NCBI GenBank assembly: GCA_951406725.2
Contig: OX597824.1
Location: 25,358,001 to 25,422,000 of the forward strand
DNA: 64,000 nt
From: Octopus vulgaris
Lineage: Eukaryota
Direction: 5' to 3'
How positions within the stretch are numbered: position 1 is the stretch's first letter; each line of letters starts with the position of its first letter. The notes below the pieces were generated by a model. That model ran no database searches and had not been told where the DNA came from. It saw nothing but the letters and a program-made list of their open reading frames with translations. The translations under genes were made by a program, and so were the position numbers. Below are positions 13,264 through 28,483 of this stretch, in pieces.

Positions 13264-14311
13264 ATGTATATATATATAATCAAAATAAGTAACAGGATTT
13301 CAAGTAGTAATGTTTCAAGTGGTTCCATTACATCACTTTTAAAAATTAGCGCTATCTTCAGCTGCACAAATATGAAACTTCAACAGACAAGATACATTGA
13401 TATAAGTTTTCTTGATTATTTTATCAGACCAAAAGACTGGAAAAATTCATGTCGCTATTGTAGAAGCAATAGCTAAAATAACAGACCACAATTCTTTAGA
13501 GTGGCATAGAACATAGTAGGTGTCATAGAGTTGTAATTCATTAAAAATTTTTCTATCACTTTATCACCAACTAAAATCTGAAACTAGAAGTCTGTGTGTG
13601 TTTAGAATAAAGAGCAAAGTGAGTTGACAGCTCATGGCTGGCTATAGGTCATAAATATTGTCATAGGTACCCTCTATCCACAAGAAAAAGAAGCAAAACT
13701 TTAGATAGAAGTAACTGCCTATAAAAGAGGTGGGTTGGGGTGACATTAGTTTATGATGTTGCTACCAGTTAAAGGGACAACCACTAGGAAACTTAGGATG
13801 CTATAATGAGATCCAGAAAATATTAGGGGCTCAGTGGGAGAACGTTTATAAACAACATTTATTATGTTGTATAAAAATAAAATAAAATTTAAAAGAATTT
13901 CAGAAAGTAATCTCATAACCAAGTTAGCTAAAAGGTGTGTATGATTCAATTTTAAACATTAAAAGGAAGACTACTATTATGTAGAATCAACTTAATGCCT
14001 CCTCTTCACTTAATTAATTAATTATTAGGTGGTCTCTATAACGACCACTCAAACCAATTACATATAGTATGTCCGAAAAGATATATTTACTATCTTTTCA
14101 TTGAAAGTAAAGAATCAGAATCAGAATAATAAGGTAATACATACACATAATTAAATATAAATATACAAGAAAAAGTGTGTACTGATATAAGTAGGTGAAA
14201 TAGTATAAAAAATAATGTATACAGATACATATGCAAAAACGGGTTTTATATGTACATATATATACACATATATACATACATACATATATATGTATACATA
14301 CATATATATAT

Positions 14312-14381
<70 letters not shown>

Positions 14382-14382
14382 G

Positions 14383-14681
14383 TGGAGGCGCGCAATGACC
14401 CAGTGGTTAGGGCAGCGGACACGCGGTTGTAGGATCGCGATTTCGATTTCCCATATCGGGCGTTGTGAGTGTTTATTGAGCGAAAACGCCTAAAGCTCCT
14501 CGAGCCTCCGGCAGGGGTGGTTGCGATCCCTGCTGTACTCTTTGGCCACAACTTTCTCTCACTCTTTCTTCTTTTGGCCTGCTCGCTTAGCCAGCGAGGG
14601 GCGTCATTTAAAGGCTGAAACAATGCGACCAATGTGACCAGCGATGTGTACCAACATCTGATAGCCTAGTCGGTCACGGTG

Positions 14682-14682
<1 letters not shown>
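14383..14682 (+). mobile_element. tRNA-derived SINE, family C
   Basis: tggaggcgcgcaatgacccagtggttagggcagcgg head; tail ...ggtcacggtgat next to (TA)n. Confidence 0.8.
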
Positions 14683-14712
<30 letters not shown>

Positions 14713-15040
14713 CATATATATATATAGAGAGAGAGAGATGGATAGATAAGACAGACAGAAAGATAGATAGAAAGATAGATTTAGATTCAGTTGAATTAGG
14801 TACTTAAGACCTAATTATATATACATAATGCGCTTCTTACAGTTTCCGTTTACCGAATCTCTTCACAAGAGTTTGTTCATCCCATGTTATATAACAGAAG
14901 ACACTCGACAAAGTTGCAATGTAGAGGGATTTGACCCCAATTCACATGCATACGAACCAAATTTGTTAACCATACATTAATGTCTGTGAATTTGAGGAAA
15001 TAGAAAAGCGTTAAGAATGATAAAGCATTAAAGTTCTTAC

Positions 15041-15215
15041 GTCTTGTATCACCCCATCCAGTAATCCAGCAATCAGAATAGTCAGTGATCCAGTTAGGTT
15101 CTTCGTAGTTTATCAAGCACACGGGATGTATCTTCCAGTTCATTTTTACTCTGCTAACCATTTTTATCAAGGCAATATCATTAGGCCGATTAATTTCACG
15201 ACTGTACTGCGGATG
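15041..15215 (-). CDS. S1A serine protease exon 4 (catalytic Asp102)
   Basis: ttcaacag|HPQYSREINRPNDIALIKMVSRVKMNWKIHPVCLINYEEPNWITDYSDCWITGWGDTR+C|gtaag. Confidence 0.93.
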
Positions 15216-15568
15216 CTGTTGAAAGAACAACGAGAACCGTAAGGGTACGTAAATTATAGAATTTACAGGTAAGATAGAACCGCTATTTTGGAATTCATCC
15301 TTGAAGGATATTCCAATACCTTCTAGGAAAGAATATATTTTGAAACTTATTAATAATATTAAGGATTTTGTTTCTAGAATTAAATGGAAAGCCTACTATT
15401 GTACAGCCATGAAACGATCGTAGTGTTTTACTCTTTATCTTTTATTAAACTTTTAATACTTTTGATATATATTTAAAATAATATAAATTAATTAATTTTA
15501 TGTATTGGCTTATGGTTTTCATTGTTTGATTTGCCTAATAGTGGTTTTATCTCTAATTTAATATAATA

Positions 15569-16445
15569 CTAGCAGAATTGTCCAGCGATGCTCGGGGCTG
15601 AATTGCTTGAAAGTACTGTTAATGATTGCACTGAATTATGATGATTATTCAGGCAAATATTGATATACGTTTACGGTGGGAGATAAGGACTTAACGATCA
15701 AACGTGTGCCATTGCATTGTTTTGGGGGAACCAAATTTCTAATGAGCATTATAGGGGCACCAACTTTAAGTTTGAGAATGTGTGGTGGTAGTCCGGGGGG
15801 CTCAAAGGAATTGAGTACCTCTATTGGATAGTTGATGACGTCCTCTGGGTCAGGAGTTGTATCGATAGACTTATATACATAGACATCCCCAGGAATGATT
15901 TTTAGCATTTCATCATTAATATGGTGAACAGTTTTATTCCTCGGGGCCAGAATAGCCCTTTGGCCAATCCAATCCATATTCTGATAATTAGCTTGTAGAT
16001 CTGGGAACACTGCATCTCTGAGATCAGAAGGCGTTTTAACAATGGTACAAATGGAATCGATGGCAATATTACCATTTTCATCCCCTGGTATTTTGCCTTC
16101 GCCAAGTTGAGAGTTAAAAAAGTCGAGTTGCGTCCCCTAGACAGTCTGTACCAGGAATAGCTAGATATTTATGGAGTTGAGAGTTAAAAAGGTCGAGTTG
16201 CGTCCCCTAGACAGTCTGTGGTTTGTGTTTCTGATTCTCGACCCCATGTCAAATTTATCAATTTTTTTCAGAACTGGAGGAACTTTTCAAAATTTTCGCT
16301 GCGTTAGTTTTGAATTATGACATTGGGCTATGTGTGTGTCAACTTTCATCAGAATCGGTTGAAAGCCGTGATCAGGGTGAGGGTACAATCTAACAGACAC
16401 ACAGACACGCAGACAGACAAACTGCCGTTTATATAGAGAGAGATA
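15569..16445. mobile_element. Helitron/Helentron-like element carrying a PIF1-family helicase fragment (15645-16105, minus, frameshifted)
   Basis: RAILAPRNKTV...YKSID...YPIEVLNSFEPPGLPPHILKLKVGAPIMLIRNL....CNGTRLIV is Helitron helicase. Ends actagcag... and cagacagaca...tttatatagagagagat resemble other non-autonomous copies here. Confidence 0.85.
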
Positions 16446-16531
16446 ATATAATATATTTATACTATAAAATTGGATTTAATCCTAAATCTGATTTTTCCCT
16501 GTAAGTTTGGATTTATTCCCTAATATTTTAT

Positions 16532-16589
<58 letters not shown>

Positions 16590-16607
16590 TCACAATATAT
16601 AATATAT

Positions 16608-17216
16608 GTATATAAATTAGAGAAGAACCACCATGTAGCAATTCAACAATGATATACTTAAATCATAGCATATAGAAAAGAAAATTGAAAATACGATAAA
16701 ACATTTACCTAGAACTAAATTAAGTACGAAATAATAAATATATAGTATATAATTAGTAAATAGACTACATGTGTTTTGTGGCTATATTTTCAAACTGATA
16801 ACAGTAAAACCAATTCAATTTAAATATAGTCACTCATCAGGTCCAAGATAAAAACAATAAAATAATTAAATAAATGTACGTATATCATCTAATAAGAAAA
16901 TATGAATATATATATAAATACGTAATTTTTCAATAAAACATCGAACAAAAATCCAACAATATATCTTAAGGCAAAAACACAAAATATCTTATTGAATATA
17001 TATGGTTGACTAAAATCTTTGAACTTAATACGTAGGACTGTGTTTATAATAAATTTATCTCGTTAAAAACATCGTGTAAATAAAACTAGAATAAATAGAT
17101 ATAAATATTTATTTTATCTGTGAAAATATATTTAAGCTTATAGAAGAAAAAAACCCAAATTATAGTATATAATTACTGGAAAATTAAAATACAAGTAATT
17201 AAAACAAAATAATTAA

Positions 17217-17260
<44 letters not shown>

Positions 17261-17700
17261 ATAACATACATTAAATGAAGCTATATGTAATACGTTAATT
17301 CACAAGATAATAACAATAAAAAAATAATAAAAATAATAAATAGATATACGTAACGTAACCTATAATTACCAAATAACAATATTGAAATCAATATTTTTAT
17401 AATAATAAAATAATATTCAATTCAAAATTCAATAATATTGGGATAAAAGAAATGCATTACTTATCTTATCTAAGATGAGTGACTATATTTAAATTAAATT
17501 GATTTTACTGTTATCAGTTTAAAAATATAACCACGAAACGCGTGTAGTCTATTTACTAATTATATACTATTTATTTATTAGTTCGTACTTAATTTAGTTC
17601 TAGGTAAATGTTTTATCGTATCTTTAATTTTTTCTATATGGTATGATTTAGGTATATCATTGTTGAATTGCTACATGGTAGTTCTTCTCTAATTTATATA
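16608..17700. mobile_element. PLE-like remnant with ~230-bp inverted terminal arms (16608-16840 / 17474-17700), each containing a degenerate hammerhead
   Basis: Arms are reverse complements (aaattagagaagaaccaccatgtagcaattcaacaatgatata... / ...tatatcattgttgaattgctacatggtagttcttctctaattt). Confidence 0.75.
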
Positions 17701-18156
17701 CATATATGTGTGTGTGTGTGGTGTGTGTGTGTGTTTATACATACATACACATGTATATATATACATATATATATATATATGTGTTCGTGTGTATATATAC
17801 ATATATATATACACGCACGCATATATATATTTCTTCTCTCCTTGTTTCCATCCCTGTTTTTTCTGTGTCCCTTTCTGTAGAAGAGCGTAGACTCGAAACG
17901 TAAAAGACTTTTTCAATTCCTGAGCATTATACTAATATATCTGTTTGTTTTGTACACCACCTGTCTTCGTCTTTTGTTTTTTTCGTGAACTTTCTCTATA
18001 TATATATATAACATTTTTTGCCAGAAATATTCGATATTTAAAAAAATGTTATTAACTACTTATAAATTTTTCTCTTTGAAAATCTGAATGCCACGATGCC
18101 ATGAATCTTTCGAAACACGTTTTTGCATTGTGTGTATTGTGTGTAAGCGCTTCTTA

Positions 18157-18498
18157 TATCGACCCCAGTGCGTAACTAGTACTTATTTAATCGACCCCGA
18201 AAGGATGAAAGGCAAAGTCGACCTCGGTGGAATTTGAACTCAGAACGTAACCGCAGACGAAATACCTGTTTCTTTACTACCCACAAGGGGCTAAACACAG
18301 AGAGGACAAACAAGGACAGACAAACGGATTAAGTCGATTATATCGACCCCAGTGCGTAACTAGTTCTTATATTATCGACCCCGAAAGGATGAAAGGCAAA
18401 GTCGACCTCGGCGGAATTTGAACTCAGAACGTAGCGGCCGACGAAATACCGCTAAGCATTTCGCCCGACGTGCTAACGATTCTGCTAGCTCGCCGCCT
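18157..18498 (-). mobile_element. SINE family B, tandem partial dimer
   Basis: Two consecutive atcgaccccagtgcgtaact...gaactcagaacgta segments. Confidence 0.85.
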
Positions 18499-18545
18499 TT
18501 GCAGAGAAGAAATATTGGCTGCTAGAAAAGTAGTTTTATACATAC

Positions 18546-18642
18546 GATGAAAATTTCTTTTACTTTTCTCTCGATTTCGGATGACAATGGATTTGAAATA
18601 TTGTAAGCACCAAGGACAATTCGAAGATCTGCGATTTTATAA
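18546..18642 (-). CDS. S1A serine protease exon 3
   Basis: ttttccag|(GA)T-YKIADLRIVLGAYNISNPLSSEIERKVKEIFI|gtatg; phase 2 in, phase 0 out. Confidence 0.9.
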
Positions 18643-18864
18643 CTGGAAAAGAATAAGTAAGACAACAATTTATATTTGAAAATGAAAATTTGTATCATAG
18701 AACAATGAGGATTAATGTTGTTTATGCTGTTATATTTTAGCGCCACAGGTAAACTAATGTATTGGGTATCGGAGAATTAGCAATCAAAAGAGCAATCAAA
18801 GGTTGATAGCTTCTACTCTTGGTTACCTTGCGTTCAAGGTTAAAATGTATAACTCTCTTTACTC

Positions 18865-19265
18865 TTTACTCTTTTACTTGTTTCAGTCATTTGACTGCGG
18901 CCATGCTGGAGCACCGCCTTTTCGAGCAACTCGACCCCGGGACTTATTCTTTTGTAAGCCCAGTACTTACTTTATCGGTCTCTTTTGCCGAACCGCTAAG
19001 TAACGGGGACATAAACACACCAGCATCGGTTGTCAAGCAATGCTAGGGGGACAAACACAGACACACAAACATACACACGCATATATATATACATATATAC
19101 GACGAGCTTCTTTCAGTTTCCGTCTACCAAATCCACTCACAAGGCTTTGGTCGGCCCGAGGCTATAGTAGAAGACACTTGCCCAAGGTGCCACGCAGTGG
19201 AACTGAATCCGGAACCATGTGGTTGGTAAACAAGCTACTTACCACACAGCCACTCCTGCGCCTAT
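18865..19265 (-). mobile_element. SINE family A copy
   Basis: Reverse complement of 4239-4650. Confidence 0.85.
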
Positions 19266-19764
19266 AATCTTGGCGTTATCTATTTCTACATTTGAAGAAG
19301 ATATTTTGGGGAAGAGAAATTTATTATTATAAACTATAGCAATAGCTTAAATGTAATAAATGTTGTTATATAATTATCCTATGTAAGCAGTAAGAGCGGT
19401 ATTATTTTGATGAGAGTTATATCACTGTAAGACGATCGAATGACAGAGGTGTCCGAGAGCCTGAAAGAATGTGTTGGATTATTTGTTTCGGCTTTTTGCT
19501 CTCTGAGTTAAAATCTCACCGAGGTTCACTCTTTCATTTCATTCTTTCGGGGTCGATAAACAAAAATACCAATTTAGTATTGGTGATGCTCTCCTTTCCC
19601 TCCACCTGTTGCATCCTTAACGTTCCACTGGTTCAAGGGTGTGACAATAGAGAGTATCTGTATCTGCTTTCGACTACGTCAGCATCGAAAGTAATAAACG
19701 AAAATGAAGTACAAGCTACCACGTTACACTCAAGTGTGGCGGCCTTACTTATAACACAAAGCAG

Positions 19765-20292
19765 TGTACCCATATTGGAGTATGGGATTCAAGCCTCTTC
19801 TCCTTATCTCCTCAAAGACATACAGTATCTCGAGAGAGTCCAGAAGCTGGCTACCCGCATGGTTCATGGTCTCAAAAATTTGTCCTACGAAGAAAGGCTG
19901 AGGACGCTCGACCTTTATTCTCTTGAAAAACGCCGCCGCCGTGGTGATCTCATTCTCGCCCACAACATCATAAGCGGAAAGTGTAACCTCTCGAAAGAGC
20001 TGTTCTTCACTCCTGCTCCAGAGCGTCGGCTGCGGGGTCATTCCGAAAAGCTCTACCTGCGACGATTTCATCTCAATCGAAGGAGAGGAGCTTTCTCCGT
20101 CCGGGTTGCGGATCCGTGGAACAAGCTGCCAGACGAGATGGTGAAGATGCCGACGACCGCTTTGTTCAAAGTCTCCCTTGACCTCAAGTGGCCTGAACTC
20201 TTTACATGAACACTACCCTGCACTTAACACCATGTCCCCCTACATGGCCTTGCTATTTGCTTTTGAGCCAAATTAACAAACTAACTAACTAA
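19765..20292 (+). mobile_element. CR1/L2-group LINE 3' fragment with (CTAA)n tail
   Basis: PILEYGIQASSPYLLKDIQYLERVQKLATRMV...LYSLEKRRRRGDLI...FSVRVADPWNKLP, then a short 3' UTR ending aactaactaactaac. Confidence 0.88.
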
Positions 20293-20639
20293 CATATCCA
20301 CTGTAAACAGTGGCAGTAATATAAAATTGGCAAGTGCTATACCAAAGTGTAGGTGTAAAAATCCATTATTATGATCAGTGGTAGTCTTCTTTAATCTTCT
20401 TGTTTCAGTCACTGTATTGCGGCCATGCTATTGCACGACCTTCAAGGTTTTTAGTCGAACGATTCGACCCTAGTTCTGATCTTTTTTTGAAGCCTAGTAT
20501 TTATACTATCGGCCTCTTATGCAGAATCGCTAAGTTACGTGAAAGTAAACAAACTAACATCGGTTATCATATTTTGGTGGGGAACAAGCTAAACACGAAA
20601 ACACACAATACTATACACACACATGCATACATACATACA

Positions 20640-20970
20640 TTATTATGGCTGACCCCTCGTTATCGTGTATGGCCATTGCACGAAGCTTAACTGTTACTGG
20701 TGCTGTGATCGAATGTGACTTTTTAGCCCAGCTAAAGATCTACAATGTCTTGTACAGAATTGGCAACTAAAACATTTACCGGTAATAGCCGGCTGTAGTT
20801 GTAACTGGGCTTCATGTACCTTTGTATGTCGTTTAAGTCCTCCTGCCGAATTACACTCTCTTCCACATGCCCGACAGATATGATCTGTATGGTGTGTTAC
20901 ACCACCACCAGTGGCTATGTTGTCACTCATCTGTCTCGCTTTATGACTACGAAGCTGACTCTTGAGTCCA
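20640..20970 (-). mobile_element. RTE-type LINE 3' end with C-terminal C2H2 zinc fingers
   Basis: HICRACGRECNSAGGLKRHTKVH and FSCQFCTRHCRSLAGLKSHIRSQH, stop, short UTR; flanked by (TACA)n; no splice or start context. Confidence 0.65.
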
Positions 20971-21036
20971 TATACATACATAAATACAAACATACATACA
21001 TACATACATACATACATACATACATACATACATACA

Positions 21037-21070
<34 letters not shown>

Positions 21071-21743
21071 AATACATACATACATACTTATTATCGCTAT
21101 TGTTTTCAATGTGACTGTAGCAAAATTAAGGGAAACAGTAAGATGTACAGTGTAATATAACATGCAATGAAAATGTCTGGTCGAAATTTAACACTTGGTT
21201 TGGTTTTTAGATATAAAATAACTATTCAGGTGACATGTCTTCGATTATCCTCGATTGAATGTGCAGATGTGAGAACAGCTATATGGAGGGTGCAATTCAA
21301 ATCCGAACCAAGACATTCTGAAATTGGCGAGAATGAGGAACATCATACCGGCTCAGACGTCTTGACATTCTGAAAAATTGGCGGCTTTATTGACTGTATT
21401 TATAGGCTGTGTTCATGGAAAGTTCTAGATGAGAGTATTGAAACTATCACGTGAACAACTGCGGTTCATTAAATAAAATATCGGTTGCACACATGATCAA
21501 ACTATGATTGAATTGTGGTTTGAAATCCGTACGTGGCAAAATGCGGGCTTGAATCTAATGCTACACCAGCCCTCCTCCCAACGAGTTGTGAGGATTTTCT
21601 GAACGAAATGGCCCTTCTGCACCAAAGAAAAGAGATTTGAAGTGGTGGACGAAGAGCCTCAGGGCCTCGAACTGCTTAGTTGCGGGGACGTAAACAAACC
21701 AACACTGGTTGTCAAATGATAGGAAGGGAAAACAAAGGCTTAT

Positions 21744-21816
<73 letters not shown>

Positions 21817-22118
21817 GGGCTTCTACAGTTTTCAACTATCAAATTTACTCTCAAGGGCATTGGTAGACCTTGGTCTATAGAAGAAGACATTAACCCAAAG
21901 TGCCACGCAGTGGGTCTGAATCTGGAACCACATGATTGCAAAACTAGCTTCTTAACAATACAGCCATTTCTGCGCCTATTGTTGACAACAGTTTATAATA
22001 TTTTTCTGTAATCACTACGCCGAGTCCTTCCCTCTCAGGGCGCCGTCCTTCTAGAATAGTGTTCAAGAGGAACATTGATAGTATCAATGTCATTGGTCTA
22101 GGTTGGCGTGTGAAGGCC

Positions 22119-22181
<63 letters not shown>

Positions 22182-22372
22182 AAGAGAGAGAGTTTGAATA
22201 GAAAGAACACTTTACAGAGAAAAAATTCACGAAAACATAAGACACTATACAACCACTCTATCGCTCCACCACCGCACATATCTCTATGAGATATTTAGAA
22301 ATTTTATATTTCTGATAAACGTCAATTTTTTCTATTTAACCATGGACATACCTACTTGACGCAACGCACTCC

Positions 22373-22468
<96 letters not shown>

Positions 22469-23318
22469 GTGTGTCTGTGTCTTTGTGTTCGTGTTTGTCC
22501 CCACTACGACACCGCTTTCTTTATGGCCCGCTTGTTTTGAGATTTAGCAAAAGCTACCAATGCAGTGCTCCATCATGGCTGCAGTCCTATAACTGAAACG
22601 AGTTAATTGATAAAAGAGAAAAGCCGTGGGGAGTTGATCCGGCGTGAAATTGCAGCTAAATCTCTAACAAATCACAATCTACTATTTTAAATATAGAAGG
22701 ATACATTGAATAATATAGAGCTAGATTCACTATAAAAATAAAATATTTGTAAAAAACAAAAAATCTCCCAAAAATACTTGATGGTTCCGGTTGGAACGCC
22801 TTCGATCAGAAGTGGCTTAGTTTCATCAAACAGCGATAATAATGATTTCAAATTTTCGCACAAGGCCAGCAATTTCGGGGAGGGGATATGTCAGATTGAC
22901 CCCTGGGTTGAACTTAACTGGTACTTATATTATCGACCCCGAAAGGGTGAGAGGATCAAACAACAATAATATTAGTTGACTCGATGAATCAATAAAACTG
23001 CTTCTATATGGTTGTTTGATCTGTTAGAAATACCAGCCAATTTCCCCCTTCAAATCTCACTTTATCGCCCTAAAGAGGAAAGGGTTGGGAAGACACATTG
23101 GATTATGTAGTCTTAGATAAATTTAGAAAGAGAAGATAGGTACGGCTGTAAAACCTTTGATCGAATGTCTGCTCGAATAGTTTTGACCTGGGGCTAAACA
23201 GCGACAACACAAACAAGATCAATTTATTTACCCACGCACTCTATGGTATGTGGGTAATCATGATGCTGGTGATGGTGTTGATGATGATGGTGGTGTTGGT
23301 GAAGACTATGGTGAGGAC

Positions 23319-23371
<53 letters not shown>

Positions 23372-23458
23372 CGACGACGACGACGACGACGACAACGACG
23401 GTGACGACGATGCTGATATTGGTGGTAGTGGTCAAGGTGAATGGTGTTGCATAGTTAC

Positions 23459-23636
23459 TCAGTTACACAATGACTTGCTGTTAGGATCCATTGGTCAGCA
23501 ATGAGTGTTCCACCGCAGATATGTTCATAGACAGCAAAATCGTTGAGCCACTGGATGCTAACTTGCCACGGCCACGACCCGGGTAAGGAAGGATAAGCAG
23601 GAACGATGTGAGCAAGAATTTGGTCACCACAGACTC
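23459..23636 (-). CDS. S1A serine protease exon 2 (pro-region Cys, activation site, catalytic His57)
   Basis: attacag|(G)[60 protein letters not shown]+GA|gtaac. Confidence 0.93.
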
Positions 23637-23670
23637 CTGTAATATAAAACTAATAATAATAATAATAATG

Positions 23671-24350
<680 letters not shown>

Positions 24351-25620
24351 GTAATGATAATAATAATAATAGTAACAATGGGTATCATGTACCTTGTTTT
24401 GTAAGTGGTATCATGTACATTGTTTTGCCTTAGTATAAAAGATGGGCTACAGCAAATATTCTGCTTGTCAGTTTGTTTGACGTTAACCAGTTGAACATGT
24501 TCCTTAGTGACTGACGATATGTGCATCTCTGACCGCGAGTAAAAGTAGTGGAAGAGCATCAATCAAAGCCATGTGTTGAGAGGAATTATTCGGGAGTTGA
24601 ATAATTCACCTCTAGAAATATGGACGCTTTGTTCATCATCCTTAAACAAACCTTATTCAGGAACTTGAAGAAAATTCTAACTGGGTCCCACCCGCAAGGT
24701 CATGCGCTGTTTGTCTTGACATAAGATCACCATACCGCTCACATATGGTTGTGATGCATGTGCCTGGTGTTCTCATATCAGACGGGTTGTCATTATGGAT
24801 ATATTGGGCTTCGTATATTTGTACCCTTGTGGCAATTTGATGGCAGGTATTGCTCTCTTACTCAATGATAATAATAGTAATGATCCTTTCTATTGGAGGC
24901 ACAAGGCTTCAAATTTGGTGGGAGGGGACTAGTCGATTACATCGACCCCAGTGTTTCAGTGGTACTTAATTTTATCGACGGCGAGCTGGCAGAATCGTCA
25001 GCACGCCGGGCGAAATGCTCAGCGGTATTTCGTCTGCCGTTACGTTGTGAGTTCAAATTCCGCCGAGGTCGACTTTGCCTTTCATCCTTTCGGGGGTCGA
25101 TAAATTAAGTACCAGTTACGCACTGGGGTCGATGTAATCGACTTAATACCTATGTCTGTCCTTGTTTGTCCCCTCTGTGTTTAGCCCCTTGTGAGCAATA
25201 AAGAAATAGGCATTGAACTATTGATCAAGAACCAATCTCGTCGTCAACACGTCAGTCACTATACCTCTCCTCAGAGCCTATTCAAGCTTCCTCTATCTTC
25301 TAGGTCTTCCTCTGTCCTAGATTCCTCTAAGGCTATTTCCTTACTAAAACCTACTGCCTCTATTCCAATAGCCCTTTCCAGGACTACCCACAATGTTTTC
25401 CATTGGTTGTGTCCTTGTTGTTGTCGATAGTGGTGGTGTTGTTGGTTTTATCACTTGAGTCGTTGCTTTTGTTCTTGTTTATGCAATCCTCGTTCTTCGT
25501 TTTGCTGCTCACCGAGTCCAACTCATTTTCGTTAATGTTCTTCGTTGCGATGCTGATGATGTTCGCAGATTTGCAGTTGTCAATAGTAGCGGTGGTGCTG
25601 TTGCTATTTTTAATACTATT

Positions 25621-26052
25621 TTCTCTCTCTCTCTCTCTCTCTCTCCTCTCTCTCTCCTCCTCTCTCTCCTCCTCTCTCTCTCCTCTCTCTCTCCTCTCTC
25701 TCTCCTCTCTCTCTCTTCTCTCTCTCCCCACTCTCTCTCCCACACTCTCTCACCCCTCTCTCTTCTCACTCTCCCCACTCTCTCTCACCCCTCTCTCCCC
25801 TCTCTCTCCCCTCTCTCTCCCCTCTCTCTCTCCCCACTCTCTCTCCCACTCTCTCTCCCCCTCTCTCTTCTCACTCTCCCTCTCTCTGTCTCCTCTCTCT
25901 CCCTCTCTCTCTCATCTCTCCCCCTCCCCTTCTCTCGCTCTCCCCCTCTCTCTCCCCCTCTCTCTCACCTGTCTCTCTCTCTCCCCTCTCTCTCTCCCCT
26001 CTCTCTCTCTTTTCTCCCCCCTCTCTCTCTCCCCTCTCTCTCTTCTCTCTCT

Positions 26053-26145
<93 letters not shown>
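25621..26145. repeat. Long degenerate (CT)n polypyrimidine tract
   Basis: Direct inspection. Confidence 0.95.
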
Positions 26146-26149
<4 letters not shown>

Positions 26150-26462
26150 TTTGTCCTCGTGATGATATTGTTTCTGCTACTGAACTTGCATGTTTCAGGT
26201 TGTTGTAGTCGCTGGGTGTGAGAGACAGAAGGAGAGAAAAGTCTTCTTCAGTGGGAGGGTTTGTGAGAGGAACGGCTCCCCACTCGACGCTCCCATAATC
26301 ACTCCTGATGGAGATAGGGATGATGATGACGACGCCATCTTATATATTTGTACTTTAGTAAATAAGAAGGATGTTTTTGTGAAAGCAATAGATAAATAAT
26401 AATAATAATAATGATAATAATAATAACAACAACAACAACAACAATAATAATAATAATAATAA

Positions 26463-26518
<56 letters not shown>

Positions 26519-26979
26519 GAAGAGTTTAAAAAATACGAAATACGGCAATTGTCCCTGTGGTTATCGGATCTTTGGAAAGAATTGCCACATAACTCGGTTA
26601 AGCACTAAGGCCAAATACTAGAAAACCCGAAAATAGAGTTAACCGCCCTATAACGAGCGAGCGTACTATATTAGCAGGCCAATTTTGCATGAAATTGAAG
26701 TTCATCAATGGCACTGCTGCATCGCTGGTAGTTAAGTCAAATCCTACTTACTAGTGTATATATTTTACCATAAGAATCTACGGCTGATTTAGCTACATAT
26801 GATGTAAAAATCGTAAAATGATACAGGTGATATGACGAAATATAAAACCAAAAAGGAAATATGCAGTTCTCACTAATAGTGACCTAGAGTGCATGGAATC
26901 ACCTACATTGCTAGAAATAAGAGTCAAAGACTCTTATAACCACAAACATAGCACAAGTCTATGTAAAAGCTCCACAGCA

Positions 26980-28250
26980 AACGAGGGTTCTATATTGGCG
27001 GGCCAATTTCTCTTGAAATTAAATCTTACCAGTAATACTACAGGGGAATTAACCCTTCTCTACATAGCCACAACCAATGGTGACACATTTTCCCCATCGT
27101 TTTATGCAGCTGCAAAAACCTCGTCTGTAGAAATCCGTAGATAGCTTCTGGAGTGAAGACTTTACCTCGGAAATAAGTCCATCATCATCCGAAATACGCT
27201 TTCCCTTCAACAAAGACTTCGTGGTTGGAAAGAGGTTGAAGTCAGATGGCGCGAGGTCGGGAGAGTAATAGGGATGAGGAAGGATTTCATAGTCGCAGGA
27301 GTGTGCTTTTATCCGGGCAACAAGCACATTGTGAACTGGGGCGATGTCTTGGAGGAGACAAGCTCCTTTAGTCAGCATGTCACACCTCTCTGCTTTGATG
27401 GCATCCCGCAATTTCTGCAGCAGAGAAGCATAATATGCCTGGTTAATGGTGCTGTTATTTGCCAGAAAATCCACATTTACTACTCTGCGCTGGTCCCAAA
27501 AGGCTGTATCACCTTGCCTGGCTGAGGGTTGCACACGAGCCTTCTTTGGCGGTGGCGAGTTATCATACTTCCATTGCTTCGGCTGGATTTTAGTCCCAGG
27601 ATCATAGTGATCGACCCATGTTTCATCCTCTGTGATGAGTGCCGAAAAAGTCATCCTCGCTTTCTTGGCACATTGCCAAAAGAACTTGAGTGCAATTGGC
27701 CCTTTCCTGCTTCTGAAAAGGTGTGAGCATCCGGGGAATCCCTCACGCTGAGAACTTCCGCATGTGCAAATGGTCGTGAATGATTTTTTTCCACGGATCC
27801 TACACTCATCTTTATTTCTTGGGCTAGTTGCAGAATAGCTATGTGGCCATCATCCAAACTGGCGGCGTCCACTTTATGAATGGTGTCGTTATCAATGACG
27901 GAACGTGGTCGTCCAGGAATAGGAGCAATTTCCACTGATGTCTGGCTATATTTCAATAGGCGATGCCAGTGATTGACTACGTCGTATGATGGTGCATCAT
28001 TACCATAAACTTCTTTCATCTCATTGAAAGTCTCTTTTAGTGTGCGACCTGACGACTGATCTGCTTTGAGCTGTCTCCATTATAACACCTTAATCCACTT
28101 CAGCAGCCGTAAAACTTCAACAAATACTAGTGGAAAATTGCAGTTTACAACGTGACATGTAGAGACATGTATGATTATACCTGTACAAGTTCCGTTTCCT
28201 GCAATAACCGCATGTGGGTCTGGGGAAATCTTTAATGAACACCCCTTTGT
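26980..28250 (-). mobile_element. Degenerate mariner (D,D34D) transposon
   Basis: MKEVYGNDAPSY..V..W, GRPRS, ITEDETWVDHYDP, QDIAPVH, HPYYSPDLAPSDFNLF motifs split over frameshifted ORFs; end positions approximate. Confidence 0.9.
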
Positions 28251-28325
28251 GTATGTGTGTATGCTTGTGTATGTATGTACACATACACACACACATGCAT
28301 ATATATATATATATACATATACATT

Positions 28326-28483
<158 letters not shown>

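Noticed and set aside
15645-16105. Host PIF1 helicase gene
   Set aside because: Frameshifted fragment enclosed by Helitron-like termini inside an intron.
20694-21077. C2H2 zinc-finger host gene (octopus ZNF expansion)
   Set aside because: No TGEKP linkers or splice sites, the ATG comes from a microsatellite, and it has a LINE-like 3' end.
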